A DNA stretch of 60,674 nucleotides from Candidatus Parvarchaeota archaeon (GCA_023269965.1 JAGDXU010000003.1:1-60674); one strand, 5' to 3'; positions 1 to 9,614 are shown, counted from the first letter of the stretch. A program made the numbers and translations. Notes: generated from the sequence alone by a model not told the origin.

Positions 1-749
1 TAGATCATAGAGACATTGCCTGCACCATTATCAGAAAGCCAGAGGTTTCTCATGGGTATGAAATCAACCTCGAGGTTATAGCCTGCGGAGATGTTGTCTC
101 CTGCGGCATAGATTGGATAGTAGGTGACTCCATTGACTGTGACTGGATAGATCTGGAAGGCTGAATTGGGAAGGGATACGAAGGTCATGGATGAAGATGA
201 TGTTGTCTGGTTTATTCCGCTGTAGACTACTGTCCATGGGACGTTTCCTGGAAGATTATAGGCTGTGAAGGTATTCATTGGAGGGGCTGTGGAGGATCCC
301 TTTGCTGTTCCTGACAATGTGTATGGACCTGGGAAGGCTTGGTTAGGCTCTGTGTATGTCACTGTCAAGGTTATCGAATATGATGTTCCTGAGGATTTTG
401 GACATACTCCGAACAGAAGGAATTCCCTTGTCTGTCCTGGATTCATAGTTACTGATACAGGCTGTACTGATGATACTCCTGTTGATGATGTTGCGTTTAT
501 CTGTGATATTGAGATTGTATATCCCAAAGCATCTGAAAGCTTGACTACCATCTCTCCGTTTGATGCGCATGCTGCCGAAGCTGGCTGGAATCCTGTCATT
601 CCTGTCACTCCTGAGAAGGATAGGAAGGATGATGGTGAGAATATACCCATGCTGTACAGGACTACTGCCACTATGACTATTATTAAGATGGCCCAGCCGT
701 AGGTCATCATATATTCCAATGCTGATTGCGATCTATAGGATAAAACCAT
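1..749 (-). CDS. Class III signal peptide (archaeal type IV pilin-like) protein, 3' end cut by the window edge
   Basis: Hand translation of the minus strand from ATG at 749 gives MVLSYRSQSALEYMMTYGWAILIIVIVAVVLYSMGIF..., open to position 1. The QSALEYxxTYGWAILII motif is the typical archaeal class III prepilin N-terminus. The distal part (FTAYNLPGNVPWTVVYSGINQTTSSS) resembles the C-terminal domain of the giant proteins. It is absent from the ORF track because it has no stop in the window. Confidence 0.75.
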   Translation of the reverse strand, partial: MVLSYRSQSALEYMMTYGWAILIIVIVAVVLYSMGIFSPSSFLSFSGVTGMTGFQPASAACASNGEMVVKLSDALGYTISISQINATSSTGVSSVQPVSVTMNPGQTREFLLFGVCPKSSGTSYSITLTVTYTEPNQAFPGPYTLSGTAKGSSTAPPMNTFTAYNLPGNVPWTVVYSGINQTTSSSSMTFVSLPNSAFQIYPVTVNGVTYYPIYAAGDNISAGYNLEVDFIPMRNLWLSDNGAGNVSMI

Positions 750-916
750 ATATAAACGATAGAAGAAAGGGGTGGATAAATAGTTTACGGTTAGATGTTA
801 TACATATACATAATTCATGATAGTTACATATAGAGAGCAAAGCTTGTTATGAGGCCAATAGTAATAAAGGGTAAATATTAAATGCTTTTAAACATGGTCC
901 TTCATATGTATATATC

Positions 917-1741
917 ATGGACAGACAGCTAACTCTTGAGGAAGCACTTTTAAGGATAGTCGAAAATTATAAACCTCAGCAGAAAAAACCGTTCAAATAC
1001 AGCGTACCTACATATATACAGGGATATCAATTCAGGCTCGACTATGAAAAACTTATCTCCCCAAGGGAGGACATGTTCAAGTTCCACACCTATCACGTCA
1101 AAGACAACGGCGAGGTAGGGCACCTGTATTACTGCAAGGAGTGCAATGACATCGTATATTACAATCAAACGAAGAAAGGATTGGAATACGAGGGGAAGAT
1201 AGTGTTTTTCACGAATGATGAGATAGACAGCCTAAAGCAGAAGAAGGGGCTTCTCATAACAAATTTCTTCTATGACAAGCCTATAAAGCCGGAGATAGTA
1301 AAGGACAGCTACGCACTTGAACCTCATGTAGACAAGGATGAGGATGAAACTGCATGGAACAAGACTTTGTACGATGTCATCTTGGACTGGATGAAGACTG
1401 AGAATAAAAGGCCACTGGTCGTCGCAAAGATGTCAAGTGGGGGGTTCAAGAACGGGCCGGATATTGGTGTGATGTCTTACGACAAAACTAAAAACAGGGT
1501 GATGCTGAACATTATCTATTATTCAGATGAGATAAACAGCGTTAGTCAATATACTGAGGGGAAATATGACGCAAAGAAGCTCAAAGCAGCTGAGACTAAA
1601 CTCTTCGGGGAGATGAAGCCCCTAGAAGAAGAGTTAAAGACTCCGCAGATCAGAAGGATATTCGATATAATCTTAAGCAAGGAAGAACCTAAAAAAGAGG
1701 AAAAGAAAGAGCAGAGATCTGCGCTGGATAGGCTTCTTTGA
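917..1741 (+). CDS. Hypothetical protein with a Lys/Glu-rich C-terminal tail
   Basis: A 274 aa ORF with ATG start and no competing ORF. I recognise no family. It contains a possible CxxC (YYCKECND) but no second Cys pair. Confidence 0.6.
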   Translation: MDRQLTLEEALLRIVENYKPQQKKPFKYSVPTYIQGYQFRLDYEKLISPREDMFKFHTYHVKDNGEVGHLYYCKECNDIVYYNQTKKGLEYEGKIVFFTNDEIDSLKQKKGLLITNFFYDKPIKPEIVKDSYALEPHVDKDEDETAWNKTLYDVILDWMKTENKRPLVVAKMSSGGFKNGPDIGVMSYDKTKNRVMLNIIYYSDEINSVSQYTEGKYDAKKLKAAETKLFGEMKPLEEELKTPQIRRIFDIILSKEEPKKEEKKEQRSALDRLL

Positions 1742-1755
1742 GGCGAAAGGATTAA

Positions 1756-3204
1756 TCATCTGTACATGTCCCTGGCTTTCTCATCATTTTCCTTTGTTCT
1801 CTTTGTGAGCTCGGCGGCTTTGATGTAATAATCAACGTTTATGTTGTAATCATGACTGTCGGTGACATTCTTATTCGCAAGGTCGTAGGCAAAATTGCTC
1901 TCGGCTATTGAGGCCATCGACTCTATGTCCCTTCCACTGAACCCTTGCGTCTTTTCGGAGAGCTTTTCCAATTCTTCTCTGCTTAGGTTCTTCGCGTATT
2001 TGGATATTATATCTATCCTGTCTGGCTTGTCTGGCATTCCGAAATAGATCTTCGTCTTAAACCTGGACACAAGCGCTGGGTCAAGGTTATCCAGCAGATT
2101 GGTGCACCCTATTATCAGTAGATTCTTATTATCCTGGGAGCTTATGCCACTTAACTTCGTAAGCAGCGTGTTCAAGACCTTCCCGCTTTCAGTGCCATAT
2201 GTGTAGGTTCTGCTACCTAGTGAGTCTATCTCGTCTATGAAGAGCACAGTCTTACCGTGTTCATTCGAGTACCTCACTGCGCTGTCTATGGCGGCTTCCA
2301 TCCTCTTAGATGATTCGCTGTACCAAACAGAGTATATTTTTGACAGGTTCATGTACAGAAAATTGACCTTCTCGTCGTTGGCAATTGCCCTGGCCATCAT
2401 CGTCTTGCCAGTACCAGGCGGGCCATAAAAAAGAGCAGAATCTACATCTGTACTGATCGACATTCTGTTTGCACTCTTCACAGCTTCAAGCAGATCCTTG
2501 TATAGGAATGGAACAAATATCTCCCTCTTTACCCTGTCTTTTATCTCCTGATATCCACCAATATCAGAAAGACCCACGTTGCCCTTGTAGACCTCCACTC
2601 CAAGGTCAGCCAGTATCTCTTCTATGGTTTTCCTAACTACCTTCTTTCCATCTCCGGAGTTGGCATCTACATGGACTCGCCCACCCTCCTCTTTCGCATT
2701 GGTTTCATTGATCATCTTGTTTATCTTGCTCTCCACGAAATTTAGGACGACTTCATTGTTCAAGATCTTGTAAATATCCGCTACTAATTCTGGTTCCTTT
2801 AGGAGGGGCTTAAAGAAATTGGTCGACTGGTAGTCCTCCTTGTAGGCAGAGTAAACTGAAAGCGATAGTAGGTGGTAACCCTTCCCGTCTAAAAAATCGA
2901 AACTAATTTTATCGTTTTTATACTCTACCTCAGTCTTAACATCCCCGAATTTATCAGAAAGCTGCGATTTTATGTAATTTAGGGATTTGAGCAGAAGAAG
3001 AGAGATATCGTAACTTTCATATTTGTCCTCAACTTGATAGCTGTCTATCAAAGACAGAAATTCATTTTCAAAATTTATGGAAGTTCGAAGGATGTTCTCC
3101 AATTTGAAATTCTTTGACACGGCTTCTTTAATCGTATTGCTATGATTCGGCCTTTCAGATATGATTTGTTCAATCGAACGCTTTATTTCATACAAAGATG
3201 ACAT
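1756..3204 (-). CDS. AAA+ ATPase (classic AAA clade) with an unrecognised ~220 aa N-terminal domain
   Basis: Walker A is GPPGTGKT and Walker B is VLFIDEIDS. A second region of homology and arginine finger region follow (GCTNLLDNLDPALVSRF). There is a single AAA module. Confidence 0.85.
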   Translation of the reverse strand: MSSLYEIKRSIEQIISERPNHSNTIKEAVSKNFKLENILRTSINFENEFLSLIDSYQVEDKYESYDISLLLLKSLNYIKSQLSDKFGDVKTEVEYKNDKISFDFLDGKGYHLLSLSVYSAYKEDYQSTNFFKPLLKEPELVADIYKILNNEVVLNFVESKINKMINETNAKEEGGRVHVDANSGDGKKVVRKTIEEILADLGVEVYKGNVGLSDIGGYQEIKDRVKREIFVPFLYKDLLEAVKSANRMSISTDVDSALFYGPPGTGKTMMARAIANDEKVNFLYMNLSKIYSVWYSESSKRMEAAIDSAVRYSNEHGKTVLFIDEIDSLGSRTYTYGTESGKVLNTLLTKLSGISSQDNKNLLIIGCTNLLDNLDPALVSRFKTKIYFGMPDKPDRIDIISKYAKNLSREELEKLSEKTQGFSGRDIESMASIAESNFAYDLANKNVTDSHDYNINVDYYIKAAELTKRTKENDEKARDMYR

Positions 3205-3274
3205 AATTCACACCGACAAAAATATATGAAATTAGGTACTATTTATAGTTGAATTCTATGGGATCCATGTAGCT

Positions 3275-4096
3275 TCAAGACAGCAGATTCCTCGCTCTTT
3301 CCAGGTCTTTGAATGAGTGTATTTTGATCCAGTTGCCATTGCTAAGATAAGCTGAAAGAGATTCCTCCTTCGCAAGTATGGGGAGGAGATCGCCATGTAT
3401 CTTCCAGTTCATGTTGCCTGGCGGGATATAACGCAGCAAGGACGGCTCAAACAGCATGATGGATGTAGGCACCAGCTTGCTCTTTATTTTAGTCTCTATC
3501 TTCTTGTAGTTCGTTATCTTGTTTCCTCTTATCGTGATCAACGCATTTGTCTCATACTCCTCTGATGTTGTGTTCAGCACGGCTATTGAGGCAGTGCTGT
3601 TGTGAGAGTCATGAAAGTTCAGCATATCCTTCAGGTCTATGGAGAAAACCGAGTCGCCAGGCACAAAGAGCGTAGTGGAGGTTATATAATCTCTTAGCTT
3701 TTCCAATGCCTTCGCGTCGCCTATCACCTCATTGTCATCAAAATACTTGATATTCACGCCGAAGCCCTCGCCGTTCTTGAGAAGCGTAAAGGCACCCTTT
3801 AAGATCTCAGATTTACCGGATATGATGATGTTTCTAAAGCCGCCTTTTTTCACTTGTCCTATTATCTTCTCGATGATAGTTTCTGACCCTAGCTTGACTA
3901 GAGGGCTGTACAGATTAGTCCCCTCTATGACGAGGTCCCCACCACATAGAATAACCGCGCTTTTTTGAGACTCAAAGTATTTTTTGAGTATGCTCTCCAC
4001 CGCCTCGCTTTTTGATCTGTATGAGATATTGTCAACCAAAGAATCCAACTTGTCTATTATTTCGGGATCGACCGTGAACGACACTCGCGCTTTCAT
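3275..4096 (-). CDS. Ribbon-helix-helix (CopG/NikR-like) domain fused to a sugar-phosphate nucleotidyltransferase-like domain
   Basis: The N-terminus MKARVSFTVDPEIIDKLDSLV...RSKSEAVESILKKYF follows the RHH pattern. It is followed by AVILCGGDL...LFVPGDSVFSIDLKDMLNFH, which resembles the NTP_transferase fold. Confidence 0.6.
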   Translation of the reverse strand: MKARVSFTVDPEIIDKLDSLVDNISYRSKSEAVESILKKYFESQKSAVILCGGDLVIEGTNLYSPLVKLGSETIIEKIIGQVKKGGFRNIIISGKSEILKGAFTLLKNGEGFGVNIKYFDDNEVIGDAKALEKLRDYITSTTLFVPGDSVFSIDLKDMLNFHDSHNSTASIAVLNTTSEEYETNALITIRGNKITNYKKIETKIKSKLVPTSIMLFEPSLLRYIPPGNMNWKIHGDLLPILAKEESLSAYLSNGNWIKIHSFKDLERARNLLS

Positions 4097-4169
4097 GTTA
4101 TGTTATATATTGAAGGCGGAAGTATATAAAAGCTATGGAAATAGATTTGACAAATCCGAATTAAAAAGC

Positions 4170-4200
4170 TTTTTATACTTAAAAAACACCATAAATATGG
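4170..4200 (+). promoter_or_regulatory. Candidate TATA/BRE region for the psmB-aCPSF1 unit
   Basis: AAAGCTTTTTATACTT and CCATAAATATGG lie 25-50 nt upstream of the ATG at 4222, consistent with a short or leaderless archaeal transcript. Confidence 0.3.
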
Positions 4201-4221
4201 TATAAAGTTCTGAAAAAAAAT

Positions 4222-4842
4222 ATGGCAGCAAAGGAAACGGGAACAACCACAATAGGTTTGATATACAAGGACGGGGTCATACTGGCGGCCGATAGGAGGA
4301 TGTCAGCGGACCACATAGTTGCACACAAGAATGCTGAGAAAGTTCTTCCACTTAGCGAAAAAATAGGGATAACAACCGCCGGTCTGGTCGCAGACCTCCA
4401 AACGCTGGTCAAAGTGATGCAGGCGGAGATCCAGCTTCACAATATAAGAGCGGGAGAGGAGATGACAACAAGGGCTGCAGTTGGCCTGTTGAGCTCGATA
4501 CTTTTCAATAATAGGCTCTCATTAAACATATTCTACACCGAATTCATCGTCGGCGGATACGATACGAAGCAGGAGCTTTACGCTGTAGATGAGGTGGGTT
4601 CCTATACGCTTGATAAATACACTGTCACTGGAAGCGGTGGTGTGTTTGCTCTTGGCGTGCTAGAGGCTGAGTACAAGGATAACATGACGCTGGAAGAAGC
4701 GGTCAAGCTGGCGAACAAGGCAGTCAAGGCTTCCATTGCGAGAGATGTGTACACGGGCGAGGGTGTTGATATAGCTGTTATAGACAAGAAAGGCTACAGA
4801 AAACTCACAGATGAAGAGATAAATAAAATAGTCAGTCAGTAA
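4222..4842 (+). CDS. psmB: Proteasome subunit beta
   Basis: A short propeptide precedes the catalytic Thr motif ETGTTTIGLIYKDGVILAADRR. Length is 206 aa. Confidence 0.92.
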   Translation: MAAKETGTTTIGLIYKDGVILAADRRMSADHIVAHKNAEKVLPLSEKIGITTAGLVADLQTLVKVMQAEIQLHNIRAGEEMTTRAAVGLLSSILFNNRLSLNIFYTEFIVGGYDTKQELYAVDEVGSYTLDKYTVTGSGGVFALGVLEAEYKDNMTLEEAVKLANKAVKASIARDVYTGEGVDIAVIDKKGYRKLTDEEINKIVSQ

Positions 4843-4862
4843 GCTACTGGTTCTTATAATTT

Positions 4863-6770
4863 TTGAGCGGAGAACAAATGGGAGACATAAAGAAGGATAT
4901 AACGGACTTAATCGGAGATAAGTCACTCATAGAGGACATGAACTTCGAAGTATCAAACATAATAGTCTACACCAAGAACAGAAACTTCTTCCTTGACAAC
5001 ATAAACATCATAAAGAACGTGGTGAACACGATAAAAAAGAGGGTGGAGGTCAGGCTTGACCCCTCGCTCCTGCAGGATGAAAAAGAGACTGAAAAAGACG
5101 TTAGAAGCATAATACCTGAGGAAGCGGACCTGAGAGAGGTTTGGTTTGACAGGGACAGAAGTCTAATGACGCTGGAAGCCACAAGGCTGGAGATAATAAA
5201 CAAAAGAGGGAACGGGATAATAGACAAGATAAAGGAGAAGACAGGGTGGTCGATACAGCTGGCTAGGTCACCCATCATAAAATCGGATATAGTAAGAGCT
5301 GTACGCGGGATGATGTATAACAACTCAAAATTCAGGAGAACGCTCCTAAACTCGATAGGTGAAAAGATATACTACTCTAAGTACAATGTGGATGAGAATT
5401 ATTGGGTCAGATTCACAGCCCTTGGTGGATTCAGGCAGGTAGGCAGGTCGGCCTTACTTGTGCAGACACCTATAAGCAGAGTGCTCTTAGACGTAGGGAT
5501 AGACGTGAGCAACACGAGGGAGCCGTTTCCTAGGATAGACGCACCGGAGATGGATCTTTCAAAGCTTGATGCGGTTGTAGTGACACACAGCCATCTTGAT
5601 CACTGCGGATTCCTCCCCGTCCTTTACAAATACGGATACAAAGGGCCTGTATACTCGACCTTCCCAACAAGGGATGTCATGACTTTGCTGCATCTTGACT
5701 ATCTGAATCTGAGCAACAAGACCAATGAGAAGGCTCTGTTCGGCATAGACGACATAAAAGAGATGCTGAAGTACTCAATCGGGCTGTCTTACGATGAGGT
5801 GACTGATATCACGCCAGATATTAGGTTGACTCTCCACAATGCAGGTCACATACTCGGCTCGGCAATGATTCATCTAAACATAGGCAACGGCTTCCACAAC
5901 CTACTCTACACTGGAGATTTCAAGTATAACAAGTCGAAGACACTGAATAGAGCTGAAAACCAATTTGACAGGGTCGAGACACTCATAATGGAGAGCACTT
6001 ACGGCGGAGACAATGACACACAGCCATCAAGAGAAGAAGCGGAGCAGTTCTTCTTTGACATAGTGAAGAAAACCGTGAGCAAAAAGGGGAAGGTGCTTGT
6101 ACCTGTGCTCGGCGTAGGAAGGGCACAGGAGTTGATGCTGATGATAGAAGAGTGGGTGCGGTACGACATGCTTCAAAATGTTAATGTCATAGTCGATGGG
6201 ATGCTGTGGGATGTGACTGCGATATACACAGTCTACCCCGAATATATGAACTCTGAGACAAAGAGGAGAATAATCGAGTACAACAGCAACCCGTTCCTTT
6301 CGTCTATCTTCAAACATGTGGTCAGCGAGGAGGAGAGGAAGAAAGTGCTTTCCGAGGGTCCTGCCATAATACTGGCGACATCTGGCATGATGAACGGAGG
6401 GCCTTCGGTTTATTACTTTGCTAACCTATGCGAAGATGAGCACAACTCAGTTGTACTTGTATCTTACCAAGGCGCTGGGACACTTGGGAGAAAGCTGCAG
6501 AACGGTGATAAGGAAGTTGACATAGAATTCAATGGATCACTCAGGAGATTCCACGTTAACGCTTCGATTTATTCAATAGAAGGTTTCTCAGGTCACTCAG
6601 ACAGAAGGGAACTAGAGAGATATGTGTCAGAGATAAGGCCGAAACCGAGGAGGATAGTGCTTGATCACGGCGAAGAGAGCAAGATAATATCACTTTTGAA
6701 ATTTATAAGGGGCCGGGACAGGATAGACACAGTTGCACCCAGAGTGCTTGATGCTCTCAGATTAAAGTAA
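4863..6770 (+). CDS. aCPSF1-type beta-CASP ribonuclease (KH domains plus metallo-beta-lactamase)
   Basis: It has the HSHLDHCG metallo-beta-lactamase motif, an N-terminal KH-like region, beta-CASP C-terminal motifs, and ~635 aa typical of archaeal CPSF1. The track start at 4863 is TTG. An in-frame ATG at 4878 is the more likely start. Confidence 0.9.
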   Translation: MSGEQMGDIKKDITDLIGDKSLIEDMNFEVSNIIVYTKNRNFFLDNINIIKNVVNTIKKRVEVRLDPSLLQDEKETEKDVRSIIPEEADLREVWFDRDRSLMTLEATRLEIINKRGNGIIDKIKEKTGWSIQLARSPIIKSDIVRAVRGMMYNNSKFRRTLLNSIGEKIYYSKYNVDENYWVRFTALGGFRQVGRSALLVQTPISRVLLDVGIDVSNTREPFPRIDAPEMDLSKLDAVVVTHSHLDHCGFLPVLYKYGYKGPVYSTFPTRDVMTLLHLDYLNLSNKTNEKALFGIDDIKEMLKYSIGLSYDEVTDITPDIRLTLHNAGHILGSAMIHLNIGNGFHNLLYTGDFKYNKSKTLNRAENQFDRVETLIMESTYGGDNDTQPSREEAEQFFFDIVKKTVSKKGKVLVPVLGVGRAQELMLMIEEWVRYDMLQNVNVIVDGMLWDVTAIYTVYPEYMNSETKRRIIEYNSNPFLSSIFKHVVSEEERKKVLSEGPAIILATSGMMNGGPSVYYFANLCEDEHNSVVLVSYQGAGTLGRKLQNGDKEVDIEFNGSLRRFHVNASIYSIEGFSGHSDRRELERYVSEIRPKPRRIVLDHGEESKIISLLKFIRGRDRIDTVAPRVLDALRLK

Positions 6771-6801
6771 GAGATTAATTTAAGTATGATATACTGATTT
6801 C

Positions 6802-7380
6802 ATGGATAAGATGATAGTTTTGGGGCTCAGCGCACTTCCAGGCGGTGGGAAAGATTACATCGCTGACATGCTCGTGGATGAATATGGGTTTTATAAGATA
6901 ACACCTGGTGACATTGTCAGGGAGATAATGAAGAAGAAAGGCATCCCCATCACAAGGGAAAATGAGCAAAAAATACCAATCCTTTACAGAAAGAGATATG
7001 GTGAGTACTTCTTGATGAAGATGGTTTACAAGCGAGCGAAAGAATCCGGGAAAAAACTAGTAGCAGTGTCCGGAATAAGAACGCCAGGCGATTTAAGGTT
7101 TTTCAGGGAGAAATTAGACGGAAACTTCAAGAATATATCGATAGTGTGTTCAGCGAGGGTCAGATACAACAGGATCAGAGAGAGGAAGAGAGAAGATGCA
7201 CCGAAGAACTTCTCAGAATTCTTGAAGCAAGACAAAGCCGAGAGGAAGCTTTTCAAGCTGGATGAAACCAAAAAACTTTCGGATTTTACGCTTAAGAACG
7301 AAGGAAATGAAGCTCAGCTTCGTAAGAATCTAAAGAATATACTCAAAAAATCTGGGCTGGGCTACTTGTTGACTAAATGA
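6802..7380 (+). CDS. P-loop nucleotide kinase-like protein (UPF0200 / dephospho-CoA-kinase-like)
   Basis: It has a P-loop LPGGGKD near the N-terminus. Size and layout (GDIVRE...) resemble small archaeal nucleotide kinases. Confidence 0.5.
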   Translation: MDKMIVLGLSALPGGGKDYIADMLVDEYGFYKITPGDIVREIMKKKGIPITRENEQKIPILYRKRYGEYFLMKMVYKRAKESGKKLVAVSGIRTPGDLRFFREKLDGNFKNISIVCSARVRYNRIRERKREDAPKNFSEFLKQDKAERKLFKLDETKKLSDFTLKNEGNEAQLRKNLKNILKKSGLGYLLTK

Positions 7381-8042
7381 GCTTTGTCAATCACTAGAAA
7401 GCTCTTCGTTCCCTCGGACTTGATGGAATAGCTGTCCAGTACTATCCTCCTTTTGAATATTGGGGCGTCTAAAACCGCTGTTTCGGCTTCTCCCCCCTCA
7501 AATGCTAGGTGGAAATGATACTCTTCACTCAGTTTTTCTAATTTACTTAATACTTCGCGGTCTATCTCTTTTCCAAGCATGTCTTCAGTAAGCCCATCGG
7601 CAGAGACAGACACTATAACGACCTTAAATCCCTCATCTATCAGCTTATGCATGTACTGACGCACATTTGTGTGCCATAGCGGATTAATGACTTTCAGGCC
7701 AAGTCGCCCGGCTATGGCGCTCACTCTGTCAGATTGATACCTGCTTTCTATCGCACCTGTGACTATGCCGTCTATGCCATACTCATCCTTTGCGGATTTG
7801 ATCGCCAATTCTAGGTCATCCAGTTCCTTCTCCTTTATTGCCTCTGTGCTTGCTCTTATTAGAGGCAGCCCTAAAGCCTCGGACTGAAGCTCTACAAGAC
7901 TAGAAGCGACTGTATGGAACATGTATGAGTCCGGGTTGCTCGAGGTTATGTTTATCAAGCATCTAACTGTGTTTTCCTTCGACGCAAGGTACAACGAGTA
8001 AGTCGAATCCTTGCCTCCTGTGAAAAGAACGCCTAGTCCCAT
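7362..8042 (-). CDS. PP-loop ATP pyrophosphatase, diphthine-ammonia ligase (Dph6/MJ0570) family
   Basis: The N-terminal motif is VLFTGGKDST (SGGKDS-type PP-loop). Size is ~226 aa. Confidence 0.65.
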   Translation of the reverse strand: MGLGVLFTGGKDSTYSLYLASKENTVRCLINITSSNPDSYMFHTVASSLVELQSEALGLPLIRASTEAIKEKELDDLELAIKSAKDEYGIDGIVTGAIESRYQSDRVSAIAGRLGLKVINPLWHTNVRQYMHKLIDEGFKVVIVSVSADGLTEDMLGKEIDREVLSKLEKLSEEYHFHLAFEGGEAETAVLDAPIFKRRIVLDSYSIKSEGTKSFLVIDKAHLVNK

Positions 8043-8111
8043 ATTACATTATCTCATCAATTTTAAGATATAGATCAAACTTAAATATTTGATAGATATT
8101 CTAAATAGAAT

Positions 8112-8537
8112 ATGAACCTAATTTTGAGAGAGGGAATTATTGTGGCTGTAATAATTGTCGCATTGTACCTGGTGTTCTACGCCTTCGAAAACTTCAGTGG
8201 TTACCAGCCTCTTAACTGCAGCAATTTGACTTTCAGCTACTACGGACAAGTCAATGACTTCAGCATGAACATCTCAAATGAAAGCAACTTTGAGGTGGTT
8301 TATATCAAAAACTCCGCAAATCTGCCCGAGAATATTAGCTTGTACGTGGAAACAAGGAACAGCACTGGGATAGTGGTAAAATCACCTCCGCCATTCACAG
8401 TTCTTCCAGGCAAGGAAGCTTACTTTCAGTATTTGGTAAGCCCTCAAGCGGCTGGGGTCTACCAGCTGAATCTAGAGATATCAGCTAGATACGGCAGCTG
8501 TGAGAGATGTGAACCTGCCAGTCAAAGTCACGGTTAA
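8112..8537 (+). CDS. Small membrane-anchored or secreted protein with N-glycosylation sequons
   Basis: It has an N-terminal TM helix (IIVAVIIVALYLVFYAF) and several N-x-S/T sites (NFS, NCS, NLT, NIS, NES, NST). Confidence 0.55.
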   Translation: MNLILREGIIVAVIIVALYLVFYAFENFSGYQPLNCSNLTFSYYGQVNDFSMNISNESNFEVVYIKNSANLPENISLYVETRNSTGIVVKSPPPFTVLPGKEAYFQYLVSPQAAGVYQLNLEISARYGSCERCEPASQSHG

Positions 8538-8884
8538 TGGATGATATGGAAAAGTTTGGAACGATAGTGGATTGTGGGATAGATGAGATAAGCTCAATCG
8601 GAGAGACAAGGGTCAGAACCGCGGGAAAGGTAGTCAACGTGGACGACATAGGAATATTCATAATCGAGGGAGAAAAAGGCAGCAAGTTAGTGTGCATGCC
8701 ATCCCCCGACATGAAGGAGAAACCGAGCGTTTCAGACCTTGTTTTCATAACTGGAAAGGCAGTTAAGAGCGACGGAGGTGTCGAGCTTAGGATCGATGAT
8801 ATCCAAAAAATAAACGAAAATGACCTGAATAATTTCAATAAGTATTTAAAGATAAGACGAGAATTATTAGAACATGGAAGTTGA
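8537..8884 (+). CDS. Hypothetical protein, possibly a small OB-fold protein, translationally coupled to PCNA
   Basis: This 115 aa ORF has a start overlapping the previous stop and an end overlapping the PCNA start. The beta-rich pattern TRVRTAGKVVNVDD...VFITGKAV suggests an OB fold, but only tentatively. Confidence 0.4.
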   Translation: MDDMEKFGTIVDCGIDEISSIGETRVRTAGKVVNVDDIGIFIIEGEKGSKLVCMPSPDMKEKPSVSDLVFITGKAVKSDGGVELRIDDIQKINENDLNNFNKYLKIRRELLEHGS

Positions 8885-9614
8885 GATAAGCGACGTGGGC
8901 ATGTTCAGAGATGTCATGTCAGCCGTTGGCAGCCTCATGTCAGATGTTTCATTGGACTTCTTGCCAGAGGGGCTTGAAATAAAGGCAATGGATCCACCAA
9001 ACATAGCGATGGTCATATTCAACGCAAAAAAGGAAACGTTCTCTTCTTATGATGTTGACAAGAGCGTAAAGCTTTCTGTATCGCTTTATGACTTAAACTC
9101 TATACTTCGATTCGCAAAGGAAGGAAGCAAAGTAGTGCTTAAAGACTTGAAAGGTAGGATGCAGATAATAATCAAGGACAGAAATGAGATAGAGTTTACC
9201 GTGCCGCTGATAGATGAAGACTACACCGCGCAGAAGGTCCCGCAGCTAAAGATGACTGCAGAGATCACGCTGCTCAGTTCGATAGTAAAAAATGGCGTGA
9301 AGATGGCTTCTACAGTGGATGATTCAATGTATTTCGTGATAGATGAGGATAAATTCAGCATGAGTGCGAAGAACGTTGACAAGGAGTTCCTTCAGTCTTT
9401 TTCTATGAATTCAAATAAAGAGATTTTCAACATCAAGAGTGAAGGGCTCACTAAGGCGAAGTACTCTGTTGATTACCTCCAGAAGATGATTAATATATTC
9501 GACCCAGACAGGGAGATGAAGATGTCTTTCTCAAATAACTATCCTATAAAGCTGGAATACACGATCAAAGATGGGGCAACTTTGCAGTTCATACTGGCCA
9601 ATAGAACCGAATGA
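8874..9614 (+). CDS. pcn: DNA polymerase sliding clamp (PCNA)
   Basis: It is 246 aa. The N-terminus FRDVMSAVGSLMSDVSLDFLPEGLEIKAMDPPNIAMV and the overall two-domain layout are typical of archaeal PCNA. Confidence 0.88.
   Translation: MEVEISDVGMFRDVMSAVGSLMSDVSLDFLPEGLEIKAMDPPNIAMVIFNAKKETFSSYDVDKSVKLSVSLYDLNSILRFAKEGSKVVLKDLKGRMQIIIKDRNEIEFTVPLIDEDYTAQKVPQLKMTAEITLLSSIVKNGVKMASTVDDSMYFVIDEDKFSMSAKNVDKEFLQSFSMNSNKEIFNIKSEGLTKAKYSVDYLQKMINIFDPDREMKMSFSNNYPIKLEYTIKDGATLQFILANRTE

Noticed and set aside
265-702. A 145 aa plus-strand ORF from the track (plus the 75 aa minus-strand ORF at 343-570)
   Set aside because: It is antisense to a longer open minus-strand frame that begins with a textbook class III signal peptide at 749. 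It also starts at a non-ATG codon and has no recognisable features.
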